A stretch of DNA of 64,000 nucleotides. It comes from an uncultured Eubacteriales bacterium (lineage in GTDB: Bacteria > Bacillota > Clostridia > Oscillospirales > CAG-382). The position numbers and the translations under genes are program-made. Under the pieces are notes generated by a model that ran no database searches, had not been told where the DNA came from, and saw only the letters and a list, made by a program, of their open reading frames with translations. The DNA is taken from NCBI GenBank assembly GCA_934444485.1, contig CAKSCN010000001.1, forward strand, positions 12,355 through 76,354, read 5' to 3'. Shown piece after piece: positions 1 to 7,290 of the stretch. Every line of letters begins with the position of its first letter. Within the stretch, counting starts at the first letter, position 1.

Positions 1-88
1 CCTCGGCGGCAAGAACTGCGGCGTTTGCCGAGCCTGCGAGAACCAGAGCGCAGAGTAAGAGAGAGGCAATTCGGTTTCTTACTTTCAT
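1..88 (-). CDS. 5-prime end of a secreted protein (partial; continues left of the window)
   Basis: Reverse strand reads AAAGGAGA, a 7-nt spacer, then ATG at 88. The product starts MKVRNRIASLLLCALVLAGSANAAVLAAE, a typical signal peptide. It is absent from the ORF track because it runs off the window. Confidence 0.4.
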   Translation of the reverse strand, partial: MKVRNRIASLLLCALVLAGSANAAVLAAE

Positions 89-377
89 CTTTGTGTCTCC
101 TTTGTTTGAATTTGATTTATATTCAAAACGACATTTGCCGTTTCGGTTTTCGAGTTAAAGTATGCTTTTGCAGAGAAAATTGGAATTTGAAAAGAAAAAC
201 AATCTTTGCGGTTTGATTTACATAGACTGTATATGGAATAAAATGTTCCGTGATTTTATGATTTTTTGGCGATTTTTAAATTTTCGGCGGATTGTACAAA
301 TGTGAGGGGAGCAATTTGTGAGCAATGGCGAAAAAACGTCTTACACCGCAATAAAAAGCCGAGAGTAAATCGGAGAT

Positions 378-1013
378 TCAGTAATCTATCTCCATGAGGT
401 CGCTTATTCTTGTCCATGATGCCTTAAGATAGCCGAAGCTGAAATCGTCGCCGTCGGACTCCGCACCCGTCATGTAATAAGCCGTGCTCTTTCTGTCGAG
501 ATTTTTAACAAGAACATTTATGTATCTTGCACGGCTGTTGTAGGAGTGAAGTGTGAGGCTGTAGTCCTTGTAGAGAACGGTGCTTGCCGTTTTCTTGTTA
601 AAGCTGTAGAAATGAAGCGTTCCTTCGCTGTCGCCCATGTATGCCGATACGTAAAGATAGCCGTTTGTGTCTGCATGAACCCACATATCCATTGCAAAGA
701 AGTCGCTGTTGAGTCTGTCATCGCCGATTACATACTGCTCTTCGGCAAGGTCGAAAAGGTTTGTGTTGTCATCGGGTGCGTCAATAGAAGAGATCATAGC
801 CATGGTGCTGATATCCGAAACATTTATTTCACGTGTCTTTACGGTCACGTCCGCAATTTCCGTCATGTCGCCGTTTTCATCAATAAAGAAGAACTCGGGA
901 ATATCGTTCATGTTGCCGCTCTCGGCTTTTTCGTTTGCGGCGAATGCATTGCCGGAGGTCATTGCCGTGACTGCGAGGACAACTGTGAAAATAGCTGTAA
1001 ATATCTTTTTCAT
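378..1013 (-). CDS. secreted hypothetical protein (211 aa)
   Basis: ORF track. The N-terminus MKKIFTAIFTVVLAVTAMTSGNAFA is a signal peptide. It lies 30 nt downstream of the preceding secreted-protein gene and is probably co-transcribed. I recognise no domain. Confidence 0.7.
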   Translation of the reverse strand: MKKIFTAIFTVVLAVTAMTSGNAFAANEKAESGNMNDIPEFFFIDENGDMTEIADVTVKTREINVSDISTMAMISSIDAPDDNTNLFDLAEEQYVIGDDRLNSDFFAMDMWVHADTNGYLYVSAYMGDSEGTLHFYSFNKKTASTVLYKDYSLTLHSYNSRARYINVLVKNLDRKSTAYYMTGAESDGDDFSFGYLKASWTRISDLMEIDY

Positions 1014-1043
1014 GTTGGTTGTCCTTTCTTTTTTTAAAATTAA

Positions 1044-1454
1044 TCAGAATGTTTTGGTTATTGTTTTCGATGCTGTTTCGGTTTTTGATGAGGTATATGC
1101 TTTTGCGCTGATAACGAGCTTGTATGATTCGCCTTCTTCGGCGTCAAAATTGTCGTAGGCGGTCAAAGCGTTTGAAGCTGTTGAACGGCTCCAAGTATCA
1201 ACCTCATACCATGTATTTCCCTGCTTGTGGAATACTGTTATGTCGGCAGTGATTTTTACAACGGAAGTGTTGCCTTTGACATCAATTGACCACTCTCCGG
1301 CTTTTGCCGAACTGTCATATGTAAGCTGTCCCGAAACATTTTTGATATATGTCCAGTTGGGGCGGATAGGCTCTTCCTTTATAGCGGAAACACACAGTGA
1401 TGAAATTAAAAGTACTGCTGCGAGAGTGAAGGCAAATATTTTTTTGAAGTTCAT
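1044..1454 (-). CDS. small secreted hypothetical protein (136 aa)
   Basis: ORF track. Signal peptide MNFKKIFAFTLAAVLLISSLCVSA, with an AAAGGA ribosome-binding site upstream. The 39-bp sigma-linked motif sits 100 nt upstream. Confidence 0.7.
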   Translation of the reverse strand: MNFKKIFAFTLAAVLLISSLCVSAIKEEPIRPNWTYIKNVSGQLTYDSSAKAGEWSIDVKGNTSVVKITADITVFHKQGNTWYEVDTWSRSTASNALTAYDNFDAEEGESYKLVISAKAYTSSKTETASKTITKTF

Positions 1455-1553
1455 AGTAAAAATCCTTTCTTTTTTCTTTTTTTGATTTGATTTTGATTGG
1501 TTCTATAAGCTCAGCCCAATGGTATCACCTCCATACAAATTGCTCCCTTACCC

Positions 1554-1592
1554 TATATAACCGTTTTTCGAGGCAAAAAGTCAGCGATTTTT
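1554..1592 (-). promoter_or_regulatory. copy 1 of a 39-bp motif shared with the sigma-factor upstream region (putative sigma-dependent promoter)
   Basis: tatataaccgtttttcgaggcaaaaagtcagcgattttt matches 3078..3116 at 38 of 39 positions. Both copies lie upstream of minus-strand genes in the same orientation. Confidence 0.5.
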
Positions 1593-1684
1593 CAAATAAT
1601 TTTTTGAAAAAATTGAAATTCAGAGATTTGCACAAAAATCAGGTCGAAAATAACAGAAATCGAGCGGTAATTTTGGGTAAAATG

Positions 1685-2428
1685 CTAACGCACACTGCCG
1701 GCAATTTTTAACAGTTGCTCTTTGCCGATTTTGATGTTATCAAAGGTGTAAAGTGAATATTTGTATTCACCGTCGCTCCAAATCAAGGAATATGTTTCGT
1801 CATCAAAATAGTAAAGTAACAGACCGTCGCCGTTTCCGATTGCTACCGTTTCAATTGAACAGAATTCATTGTCCAGACTGTCGGAGGATCCGTCTATTAT
1901 TGTTTGGCTGTATGTGAGTATGATATTTTCGTCTTGCATGTATAGGATACTGAAACACCCCTTGATATCAAGACTAACCTCCCCCGTCCACTCTGCCGGA
2001 ATATCTCTCGGCTCTTTTTTCACCTCGATAAATTCGGGCGGATTCTTGAGGCGTGACTCAAAGCCGAGGTCGAGGAAGACGTCGAAAAGCTCAACCGAGG
2101 CATTCCAGAACCTGCCGGCAAAGCGCAGAAAGCCTTCACGCATGGCGCCGACGTTAAACGTCATTGCAAATGTGAGCGCACATATGACTGCGGCAACGGC
2201 GATTCGTCTGAGCGGAATGAACGAAAAACCGTATTCGCGGCGGTTGTATTCATCTCTGAGGAGGCGCTTTATCCGTCGGTTGAGCGAACGGGGACGTTTT
2301 GCCGCACGCTTTGAATATGCTTCGTATTCTTCGGAATTCAACTGCGCCGTGACATTCGCCATTGCTTCCGTAAGGGTGACGTTTTCGGCGCCTTTTTCGT
2401 TGTCAATACCGACAGCCATGTATATCAT
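1685..2428 (-). CDS. putative anti-sigma factor, single-pass membrane protein with a DUF4367-like extracytoplasmic domain
   Basis: It overlaps the 3-prime end of the sigma gene by 26 nt. It has a basic cytoplasmic N-terminus, one transmembrane segment (IAVAAVICALTFAMTFNVGAM), and a C-terminal beta-rich domain like those paired with Clostridial ECF-type sigma factors. Confidence 0.6.
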   Translation of the reverse strand: MIYMAVGIDNEKGAENVTLTEAMANVTAQLNSEEYEAYSKRAAKRPRSLNRRIKRLLRDEYNRREYGFSFIPLRRIAVAAVICALTFAMTFNVGAMREGFLRFAGRFWNASVELFDVFLDLGFESRLKNPPEFIEVKKEPRDIPAEWTGEVSLDIKGCFSILYMQDENIILTYSQTIIDGSSDSLDNEFCSIETVAIGNGDGLLLYYFDDETYSLIWSDGEYKYSLYTFDNIKIGKEQLLKIAGSVR

Positions 2429-3038
2429 ACTCCTTTTCGAGAATTTCTTTGAGCCGTGAACGCGCCTTGTAAAGACGGGTGCGCACTGCTCCGGTGTTTA
2501 TTCCGAGGTATTCCCCCGCCTCCGCACAGGAGAGGCCGCAGAAATACACAAGGTTCACGGCGTCACGCATTTCGGGCGTGAGCTTTTCCACCGCACTGCG
2601 CACCGCTTCACACTCTTCACGGCGTATTATTATTTCCTCCGTGTCGTCTGCTTCGTCGGAAAAGCACGCTTCAAGAGAGCTTTCTCCTTCAACGTCGCAG
2701 TCGTCGCAATATGAGGGCTGTACCTCGTGGTGCGAAATGCGCTTGCGGCGGTTGTAGTTGTCTATCGCCTTGTTGCGCACTATGCTCCGTATGCATATCG
2801 CCGCCATACTGCATATGACCTCGTCCGAACGCCCTTTGAGCTTCGGCAGGTATTTTATCATTCTGCACAGGGCGTCATTTACGGCGTCCTCCGCATCGTG
2901 CTTTTTGCCGAGTACCTCGAGAGCGGCGGTGTACATGAAGTCGCCGTATTTTTCGTAGATACGTTCAATCAGGCGTATGTCCTCTTTAACCGTGTCGGTT
3001 CCCGTCCCGACAACAGCCATTACAATGAAAAGATTCAT
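2403..3038 (-). CDS. RNA polymerase sigma-70 family (ECF-like) sigma factor
   Basis: Region 2-like sequence DAEDAVNDALCRMIKYLPKL and region 4 helix-turn-helix sequence LVYFCGLSCAEAGEYLGINTGAVRTRLYKARSRLKE. Confidence 0.85.
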   Translation of the reverse strand: MNLFIVMAVVGTGTDTVKEDIRLIERIYEKYGDFMYTAALEVLGKKHDAEDAVNDALCRMIKYLPKLKGRSDEVICSMAAICIRSIVRNKAIDNYNRRKRISHHEVQPSYCDDCDVEGESSLEACFSDEADDTEEIIIRREECEAVRSAVEKLTPEMRDAVNLVYFCGLSCAEAGEYLGINTGAVRTRLYKARSRLKEILEKEYDIHGCRY

Positions 3039-3077
3039 TCGTTACCGTTACCTCTGAACAAACTTTCTCCGCTGCTA

Positions 3078-3116
3078 TATATAACCGTTTTTCGAGGCAA
3101 AAAGTCAGCGGTTTTT
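3078..3116 (-). promoter_or_regulatory. copy 2 of the 39-bp motif, 40 nt upstream of the sigma-factor start (putative autoregulated promoter)
   Basis: 38 of 39 positions match 1554..1592, in the same orientation relative to the downstream gene. Confidence 0.5.
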
Positions 3117-3324
3117 GCGATAGTTTACAATTTATTTACAAAAGGCGAAGAATACCGCCTCTCCGCCGCTAAAATTTATCGTTTTCTCCTTGAGGAAAAG
3201 CGGCGTCAGAGCTTTTCAACTCCAACTCCACTCTGATGAAATCCGAGCTTTCCCTCACCGCACACGCCCCAATTTCGCACCATGTAATCAATGAAGAAAA
3301 GCGACTTTAGAAGCTTTTCCTCCC

Positions 3325-3357
3325 CAATTCTCCATTTTCCACTTTCAATTCTCAATT
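3325..3357. repeat. degenerate 7-bp tandem array (caattct/ccatttt type), inverted version of the array at 6948..6980
   Basis: Read directly: caattct ccatttt ccacttt caattct caatt. The reverse complement resembles gaattgaaaattgagaatggagaatggggaatt at 6948..6980. Confidence 0.7.
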
Positions 3358-3379
3358 AAAAAAGTGCAGACTTTGCACT
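3357..3379 (-). terminator. putative rho-independent terminator (minus strand)
   Basis: On the minus strand, the stem AGTGCA/TGCACT is followed by TTTTTT. It lies downstream of the 31-aa small ORF. Confidence 0.45.
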
Positions 3380-3407
3380 TGACAAATCCGCACCGATGTG
3401 GTACAAT
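3379..3407 (+). promoter_or_regulatory. near-consensus sigma-A promoter (TTGACA, 17-nt spacer, TGg-TACAAT)
   Basis: TTGACA at 3379..3384, a 17-nt spacer ending in TGG, and TACAAT at 3402..3407. No plausible plus-strand CDS lies downstream, so the transcript would be antisense to the small ORF. Confidence 0.6.
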
Positions 3408-3485
3408 ATAAGTGAAAGAGGCGAACCTTAACGGTTATGCCGCTTCAGGGTACTTTTTTAGATAACCCCTATGGGCAAGTGGGGG

Positions 3486-3581
3486 TTATCTTACTGTTTG
3501 CACAGGAAGTGCAAATGAAAAAATGTAGAGCACTATGATAACGGCTATAGCCAGTTTCCATATGCGTTCGTATTTCTTCAT
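3486..3581 (-). CDS. 31-aa hydrophobic peptide, type I toxin-like
   Basis: GAGGAGGTG ribosome-binding site, a 6-nt spacer, then ATG at 3581. The product is MKKYERIWKLAIAVIIVLYIFSFALPVQTVR, and the stop codon lies inside a GATAACCCC/GGGGTTATC hairpin. It is too short for the ORF track and was found by eye. Confidence 0.4.
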   Translation of the reverse strand: MKKYERIWKLAIAVIIVLYIFSFALPVQTVR

Positions 3582-3692
3582 TGCAATCACCTCCTCTCTC
3601 GACAAACGTCGTAAAGGGGAAGCGACATAACCGCCCAGTATTTAACTGTAGAAAATTCAACCTCTTTCAGCCGAGCCTTGCTCGACTTTTTT

Positions 3693-3721
3693 ATTTTATC
3701 ACAGTTTTTGACAAAATGCAA
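3693..3721 (-). promoter_or_regulatory. putative sigma-A promoter for the small-ORF transcript (TTGCAT, 17-nt spacer, TGa-TAAAAT)
   Basis: The reverse strand has TTGCAT (3721..3716), a 17-nt spacer, and TAAAAT (3698..3693). It converges on the plus-strand promoter at 3379. Confidence 0.4.
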
Positions 3722-3855
3722 GAATATTTTGTAAAGGTTGAGGTTTTTGTGCCTACCGTTTGTCGTATTTCTACGGTATGGAAACGATAACCATACCTTG
3801 GGTTAATTCGGAACGGAGCATATATGCTCGTCAAGCCCGTTCCCTACAAAGTACC

Positions 3856-3930
3856 ATTGAGAGAATGCAAACTTCGAGCTACGCACTCTCAATAAAGCTT
3901 GATTTTCACTGAATTTCCCATGAAGAAAGC
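3856..3930. repeat. direct repeat R1 (about 75 nt), partner at 4102..4177
   Basis: attgagagaatgcaaacttcgagctacgcactctcaataaagcttgattttcactgaatttcccatgaag aligns with atggagaaagtgctaaccttgagtttcgcactctcaaggaagcttaattctcaccgaattccccatgag. I estimate about three quarters of positions match. Confidence 0.7.
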
Positions 3931-4101
3931 ACTTATCCGACAGTCCCTCAGTCCGACGACTGCGTAACGACTTCGTCGTGACAGCTCCGGAGGTTGCCTT
4001 GCAACCGGTTGCACAAGAGGATGCCTCCGGAGTTGACACGGTCAACTCGAGAGTAAATTGCTTCGCAATTTCTCTGGCGGCTTTGCCGCCTCCAATACAC
4101 C

Positions 4102-4177
4102 ATGGAGAAAGTGCTAACCTTGAGTTTCGCACTCTCAAGGAAGCTTAATTCTCACCGAATTCCCCATGAGCAAGCGC
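4102..4177. repeat. direct repeat R2, partner of 3856..3930
   Basis: See R1. The two copies bracket a 170-nt run of five perfect hairpins. Confidence 0.7.
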
Positions 4178-4216
4178 AAACCTCAATTCAAGCACTGCCC
4201 CAAAAGCTCATCTTTC

Positions 4217-4513
4217 CGTAATTTGTCGTCGAACGAAGTGAGGTGCAAATTTCGGGAACGGGAGAAGGTAGAAATTACAGTCCCCACAAAGCCTGATGCA
4301 AAAAAATCACGACCCGGCGCTTGCGTATATGGCGTCGGGTCGCCGTACTATCTCGGATAAGATGAGTCTTCCTCATTTCACGACGGAGGCTTAGCCGATG
4401 TCGTGTGGTACTACCTCTAAATTACTATAGGATAAAGTCTTTTGGTTCTTTTCTTCAGAAAAGAACACCCCCGTAAAGCTCTCGTAAGCCCTCGTAATCC
4501 CCGTAAGCCTTCG
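4217..4513 (-). repeat. intergenic element immediately 3-prime of pheT, homologous to the element 3-prime of clpX (60340..60696)
   Basis: Collinear shared blocks: aaattacagtcccc, a terminator hairpin with a gcgtatatgg loop, catttcacgacggag...gtcgtg, and ccccgtaagc-type 10-mers next to the stop codon. Confidence 0.65.
4300..4342 (-). terminator. rho-independent terminator downstream of pheT
   Basis: On the minus strand, the stem CGACCCG..CGGGTCG with inner CGC/GCG pairs is followed by TGATTTTTTT. Confidence 0.6.
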
Positions 4514-6922
4514 TCAGCCTCTGAGGGTTACGCCGAAATCTTTTTCGAGACCGGCGAGAATTTTACCGACCGTGCTGTCGGCGTCGGTATCGGAGAGAGT
4601 GCGATCCTTAGCACGGAGCGTAAGGCTGTACGCCATGCTCTTCTTGCCGAAGCCGAGACGGTCGCTCTTGAATACGTCGAATACCTTTACGGATTCGAGT
4701 ACGCTTCCGCCGTACTTCTTGATAGCCGCCGCAAGAGTGCCTGCTTCGAGCGCGTCGTCGCAGACGAACGCAAGGTCACGTGTCGTTGCCGGGAACTTCG
4801 GAAGAGATGTATACTGCTTCTCGGTTCTTCTGTCGGCAAAGAGCTTGTCAACGTCGATCTCGGCCGCATATACGGTCACGTCAAAGTCGAAGTTCTCCGC
4901 TACCTTCGGATGAATCTGTCCGAGTATCGCTATGACGTCGTCGCCCTTCTTTATGACCGCACATCTGCCCGGATGGTAAGACGGATCGTCCTTGAGCGCC
5001 GTTACCGTGTAGTCGGAGTCGGAAACGTCAATGCCGGCTATTGCAAATACGTTCTCGCAAAGTCCCTTGAGACTGTAGAAATCACCCTTGCCGTAGGTCG
5101 TGATGACCGTCGTCATCTTCTCGTTCGCAAGCTTGTTGCCCTCTTCCTTGCGGTACACCTTCGCCATCTCGAACACCGCCGCCTCGGACGCACGCTGACG
5201 TCTGTTGAATGAAAGCACCTCGAGTACATTCGCAAGAGCGGTCGTTCTCATTATGCTCGTGTCCTCGCCGAGAGGATTGGAGATAACTATCGAGTCACGG
5301 AGCGCACTGTCGGGAGCGAGTCTTATCTTGTCGTATGCCTTGGGGCTGATGAACGAGTATGTCTGTATCTCGTAAAGTCCCTTGTCAACAAGCATTCCGG
5401 CTATCTTTGCAAGGAACTTCTGCTTGTCGTTTCTGCCGCCGTTTACCGCCTCGCCCTTGAAACGGGTAGCTTCTATCTTGTTGTAACCCCATATTCTCGC
5501 CACCTCTTCGGCAATGTCGGGCATCTCAACTATGTCCGCTCTGAACGACGGAGGAATAAGCTTGCCGTCACGGTACTCTATCGAAAGAGCCGCAAGCGTA
5601 TCGAGCATAAAGCTCTCGGGGATGTCCGTGCCGAGGAATGCGTTTATCTTCGCCGCATCGAACGGTATCTCGGGGATCTCTCTCTTGGTCGGATATACGT
5701 CTATCTCGCCGTCAACGACCGTGCCGCATCCGAGAAGCTCGACAAGCTCGCACGCACGCTCAAGCGCCGGAAGCGTGTTCTCTGCGTCAAGTCCCTTTTC
5801 GTATCTGCCGCTTGCCTCGGTTCTGAGTCCCAGGTCTCTTGCGGTGATTCTGACGGACGGTCCGGAGAACGCCGCAGACTCGAAAATAACGGTCGTCGTG
5901 CCGTCCGTAATCTCGCTGTTTTCACCGCCCATGACGCCGGCAACCGCAACCGGTCTCTCACCGTCGGCGATAACCATCATGCGCTCCTCGAGGTTTCTTT
6001 CAACGCCGTCGAGAGTCACTATCTTCTCGCCCTTTGCGGCGTTTCTTACTATAATCTTGCCGCTCTTCAGAAACTCCTTGTCGAAAGCGTGCATCGGCTG
6101 ACCGTACTCAAGGCATACAAAGTTCGTGATGTCAACGATGTTGTTTATCGGACGAACGCCGCTTGCCCAAAGTCTCTCACGGAGCCACAGAGGCGACGAT
6201 CCTACCTTTACGTTCTTGACCGCACGGGAGGTGTATCTGTAGCACGTGTCGGGAACCTTTATCTCGACGTCGATGTAGTTCTTTATGTTGTCTCCGTCGC
6301 CGGAACCCTTGACGACCGGCTTGTGAGGCGTGAAGGTCTTGCCGTAGGAAACAGCGCTCTCACGTGCAAGTCCGAGTACCGAAAGGCAGTCGGGGCGGTT
6401 GGGGGTAATCTCGAACTCAACGACGGTGTCGTCGTAGCCGCAGACCTTCTTTATGTCGTCGCCGACCTTGAAATTCTGACCCTCGTCCTTTATGAGCCAG
6501 ATACCGTCCTCGGCGGCATACGGAAACTCATGCTTCGAGAGACCAAGCTCTCCGAGAGAGCAGAGCATACCGTTTGACGGAAGACCTCTGAGCTTGCCCG
6601 CCTTTATCTTCGTGCCGTCGGGGAGAAGAGAGTTGTGGAGAGCCGCCGGAACATATTCTCCGGGCTTTACGTTCTGTGCGCCGGTGATTATCTGCACAGG
6701 CTCGCCCTTGCCCACGTCTACCTGACAAATGAGCAGATGGTCGCTGTCGGGGTGCTTCTCAACGCTTATGAGCTTGCCAACAACGACGTTTTCGATTTTG
6801 TCCGAGAGAACCTCGAAGCCCTCAACCTTGGAGCCTGTGTCGGTCATTCTGTCGGAATATTCCTTTGGTGTTACATTTTCAAGCTTTACGTAATCCGAAA
6901 GCCATTTAAGTGATAAATTCAT
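4514..6922 (-). CDS. pheT: phenylalanine--tRNA ligase beta subunit
   Basis: 802 aa. The N-terminus MNLSLKWLSDYVKL is typical. It shows the tRNA-binding, B3/4, B5 and FDX-ACB domain order usual for PheT, and pheS lies upstream in the same orientation. Confidence 0.95.
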   Translation of the reverse strand: MNLSLKWLSDYVKLENVTPKEYSDRMTDTGSKVEGFEVLSDKIENVVVGKLISVEKHPDSDHLLICQVDVGKGEPVQIITGAQNVKPGEYVPAALHNSLLPDGTKIKAGKLRGLPSNGMLCSLGELGLSKHEFPYAAEDGIWLIKDEGQNFKVGDDIKKVCGYDDTVVEFEITPNRPDCLSVLGLARESAVSYGKTFTPHKPVVKGSGDGDNIKNYIDVEIKVPDTCYRYTSRAVKNVKVGSSPLWLRERLWASGVRPINNIVDITNFVCLEYGQPMHAFDKEFLKSGKIIVRNAAKGEKIVTLDGVERNLEERMMVIADGERPVAVAGVMGGENSEITDGTTTVIFESAAFSGPSVRITARDLGLRTEASGRYEKGLDAENTLPALERACELVELLGCGTVVDGEIDVYPTKREIPEIPFDAAKINAFLGTDIPESFMLDTLAALSIEYRDGKLIPPSFRADIVEMPDIAEEVARIWGYNKIEATRFKGEAVNGGRNDKQKFLAKIAGMLVDKGLYEIQTYSFISPKAYDKIRLAPDSALRDSIVISNPLGEDTSIMRTTALANVLEVLSFNRRQRASEAAVFEMAKVYRKEEGNKLANEKMTTVITTYGKGDFYSLKGLCENVFAIAGIDVSDSDYTVTALKDDPSYHPGRCAVIKKGDDVIAILGQIHPKVAENFDFDVTVYAAEIDVDKLFADRRTEKQYTSLPKFPATTRDLAFVCDDALEAGTLAAAIKKYGGSVLESVKVFDVFKSDRLGFGKKSMAYSLTLRAKDRTLSDTDADSTVGKILAGLEKDFGVTLRG

Positions 6923-6947
6923 AATTATACTACCTCCATAAAATGAA

Positions 6948-7037
6948 GAATTGAAAATTGAGAATGGAGAATGGGGAATTAACGCTGAAAAGCTTCGCCT
7001 TTAATAATTGACAATTGACAATTGAGAATTGACAATT
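6948..7037. repeat. two 7-bp tandem arrays (aattgaa/aattgag/aatggag, then aattgac x4) separated by gaaaagcttcgc
   Basis: Read directly at 6948..6980 and 7006..7037, immediately upstream of the pheT start. Confidence 0.8.
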
Positions 7038-7255
7038 AATATGGAAAAGCTTCGCTGATTTGTCAAAGCCAACAGAGTTGACGAGGTCAAATCGAGAGGA
7101 AATGTTCGCTTCCTATTGTGCGTTTGTGCTTGATTGAATGGTGCAAACTTTTAGGCGGTGCGGTGACTTGCCGTTCGGGACATACGGCGATTTTAAACCA
7201 CTGATAAAACGCATTTTCTCTCGGGTTGATGAAGTCACCGGGAGTTAAACTCAGT

Positions 7256-7290
7256 AATTGTCAATTGTCAATTGTCAATCGTCAAACGTC
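7256..7290. repeat. 7-bp tandem array aattgtc x5 (inverted relative to 7006..7037), abutting the yitT-family stop codon
   Basis: aattgtc aattgtc aattgtc aatcgtc aaacgtc. The reverse complement of 7256..7273 equals 7006..7023 exactly (18 nt). Confidence 0.8.

Noticed and set aside
113-160. Possible third, degenerate copy of the sigma-linked 39-bp motif upstream of the partial gene at 1..88
   Set aside because: Only ccgttt-cggttttcgag and a tatat stretch are shared, with different spacing. That is too weak to call without a genome-wide motif model.
3790-4440. Possible known large or structured RNA (RNase P, tmRNA, SRP/6S, group II intron, ROOL/GOLLD-type)
   Set aside because: I found no hallmark strings: no GAGGAAAGTCC-type P4 for RNase P, no tRNA-like 3-prime end or tag ORF, and no GTGCG 5-prime end or domain V for a group II intron. 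I cannot recall ROOL/GOLLD consensus well enough to assert a match. Part of the region is clearly a dispersed repeat shared with the clpX flank. I report it only as an unclassified structured or repeat region.
6948-7290. Tandem short repeats considered as a CRISPR array
   Set aside because: The units are only 7 bp and contiguous, with no spacers. No cas genes are present anywhere in the window.
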